Assembly (NCBI GenBank): GCA_964533825.1
Contig: CAZHMU010000005.1
Location: 31,599-95,598 of the forward strand
Direction: 5' to 3'
Origin: an uncultured Oscillospiraceae bacterium
GTDB taxonomy: Bacteria > Bacillota > Clostridia > Christensenellales > CAG-314
DNA: 64,000 nt
Under the pieces are notes generated by a model. The model was given only the letters and a program-made list of their open reading frames with translations. It was not told the DNA's origin and made no database searches. Every line of letters starts with the position of its first letter. Position 1 is the stretch's first letter. Below, piece after piece: positions 62,658 through 64,000 of the stretch. Both the position numbers and the translations under genes were made by a program.

Positions 62658-63883
62658 TAAACTATCTTCGCAGAAAACTTACCATCACAAACATGGTTGC
62701 AACAAGCATAGTGCTTATCATTGCCACCATCATCATCTTTTCTACGGCTATCACTCGTATGAATACCATCAGGTGGGACAATATGCAACACGCCTTGGAG
62801 TATCCATTGGAAAATGCCAATAAGGAGGAGTTTTCTCAGTTGTTTTCTGACGTGGTACTGGTTGTTTACGATGTCAACAACAAAAACCCAGTTATTGAGC
62901 TGCTGCCCGGGTCAAATGTCTCGCCAGAGTTTGTTGAAAAGATATTCCCCCAATTGCCGCAAATTGCCGAGTCCAACCAACTCCTTAACGACACATCGTT
63001 TCGTTTGCAGTACATAAAGGAATCAGTAAGCCCTGGTGTGTGCAAAATTGTATTTTACGACCCATCCAACGTACAAAGTGGATTTTTGCCCATTGTGTTT
63101 TACGCCATGGTAACCCTTGTTATTGGTATACTTGGCTACTCTGTCATCAGTATGACGTTGGCGCAGTCAGCCATTACTCCCATCGAAGAAAGCTGGAAAA
63201 AGCAACGTCAATTTGTTGCTGACGCATCCCACGAGCTAAAAACTCCCCTTTCCGTCATCATGGCCAATACGGAAATTATCGCATCCCATCCAGATGACAC
63301 CGTTGCCAGCCAAATGAAATGGATTGACAATACCCTTGCAGAAACAAAGCGCATGGCTTCCCTTGTGCAAGACTTGTTGTTCTTGGCAAAAAGTGACGAT
63401 GGCTTGAAGGTGGAAATGAGCCAAATTGACCTTTCCGAGTGCGTGCAATCTTGCGTTTTGACAAGCGAATCGCTTTTCTACGAAAGCAACAAGGTGTTCA
63501 ACAGCGACATTGAACAAGGCATTTTCGTGAGCGGTAACGAAGGTCAACTCAAACAGCTTGTGACCATCCTTTTGGACAATGCCAACAAGTACGCAGTGGG
63601 CGATGGTAACATCAAGCTGACCCTTTCGTCCACCAATCGCAACGCCATTTTGACCGTCGCAAACGACAGCAACCCTGTTAGCACCGAGCAAATAGTGCAC
63701 ATCTTTGATAGATTTTACACTTTGGATACATCTCGCAACAAAAATAAAGGTGGCAACGGTTTGGGCCTTTCCATTGCGGAAAGAATAGTGCAAACACACA
63801 AAGGAAAAATCATTGCCGAGTACAAAGATGGTCAAATGACTTTCAAGGCTATTTTGCCAATAATTCGCAAACGCAACAAATAG
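62654..63883 (+). CDS. sensor histidine kinase
   Basis: 4-nt overlap with the RR gene. Two TM helices flank a ~125-aa extracytoplasmic loop. H-box SHELKTPL, N-box LLDNANKYA, G-box GNGLGLSIA. Confidence 0.88.
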   Translation: MINYLRRKLTITNMVATSIVLIIATIIIFSTAITRMNTIRWDNMQHALEYPLENANKEEFSQLFSDVVLVVYDVNNKNPVIELLPGSNVSPEFVEKIFPQLPQIAESNQLLNDTSFRLQYIKESVSPGVCKIVFYDPSNVQSGFLPIVFYAMVTLVIGILGYSVISMTLAQSAITPIEESWKKQRQFVADASHELKTPLSVIMANTEIIASHPDDTVASQMKWIDNTLAETKRMASLVQDLLFLAKSDDGLKVEMSQIDLSECVQSCVLTSESLFYESNKVFNSDIEQGIFVSGNEGQLKQLVTILLDNANKYAVGDGNIKLTLSSTNRNAILTVANDSNPVSTEQIVHIFDRFYTLDTSRNKNKGGNGLGLSIAERIVQTHKGKIIAEYKDGQMTFKAILPIIRKRNK

Positions 63884-63886
63884 AAA

Positions 63887-63920
63887 AAGAGTAAACACAA
63901 ACCGTGTTTGCTCTTTTTTG
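63887..63920 (+). terminator. terminator after HK
   Basis: AAGAGTAAACAC / GTGTTTGCTCTT plus T6. Confidence 0.8.
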
Positions 63921-64000
63921 TTAGCTTAATTAAATTGTTGCAAGCAATGATAAAATCTTTGCTTTGTTCAAGTTTACTATTTTAGTATTCGTCGCGGAAA

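Overview
This 64-kb chromosomal window reads as a spore-forming Clostridia-class Firmicute (spoIIE, spmA/spmB, whiA, lipobox lipoproteins, GGAGG-type RBSs). It is probably origin-proximal, since gyrB-gyrA sit at the left edge. I call about 58 protein genes, mostly housekeeping: gyrBA, argS, a metG-tatD-radical SAM-queH operon, spmAB-spoIIE, murB-whiA-dnaE, a heterodimeric ABC exporter pair, two OmpR/HK pairs, rlmD, two DAGK-like lipid kinases flanking plsC, tcdA and dtd. I saw no rRNA, tRNA, CRISPR array, integrase or transposase. The non-housekeeping content is as follows. (1) A visibly AT-richer ~3.7-kb islet (15.4-19.1 kb) carries an operon of a free RNA-polymerase alpha-CTD domain protein, a 62-aa tail-anchored peptide with a Ca-loop motif, and a DraG/ARH-type ADP-ribosylglycohydrolase. 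This operon is divergent from a signal-less BspA-type LRR protein, and it is my best candidate for an undescribed system. (2) A cobalamin riboswitch controls a DUF4430 lipoprotein plus a small ECF-S-like membrane protein. (3) An extracytoplasmic flavinylation cluster holds two tandem FMN_bind lipoproteins, an ApbE-NusG_II fusion and a Gx transporter. (4) Three intergenic repeat families are present: ISL3-like MITEs (one copy with a perfect 8-bp target-site duplication), GTAGGGG...CCGCA hairpins with compensatory stem changes, and nested CTCTCAC/GGGAGAG hairpins. They invade 5' UTRs and intercistronic gaps. (5) A second AT-rich islet holds an ORF split at a T8 tract. Everything is from reading the sequence and the ORF translations; no searches or computations were run. 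Non-coding coordinates are good to about +-3 nt.
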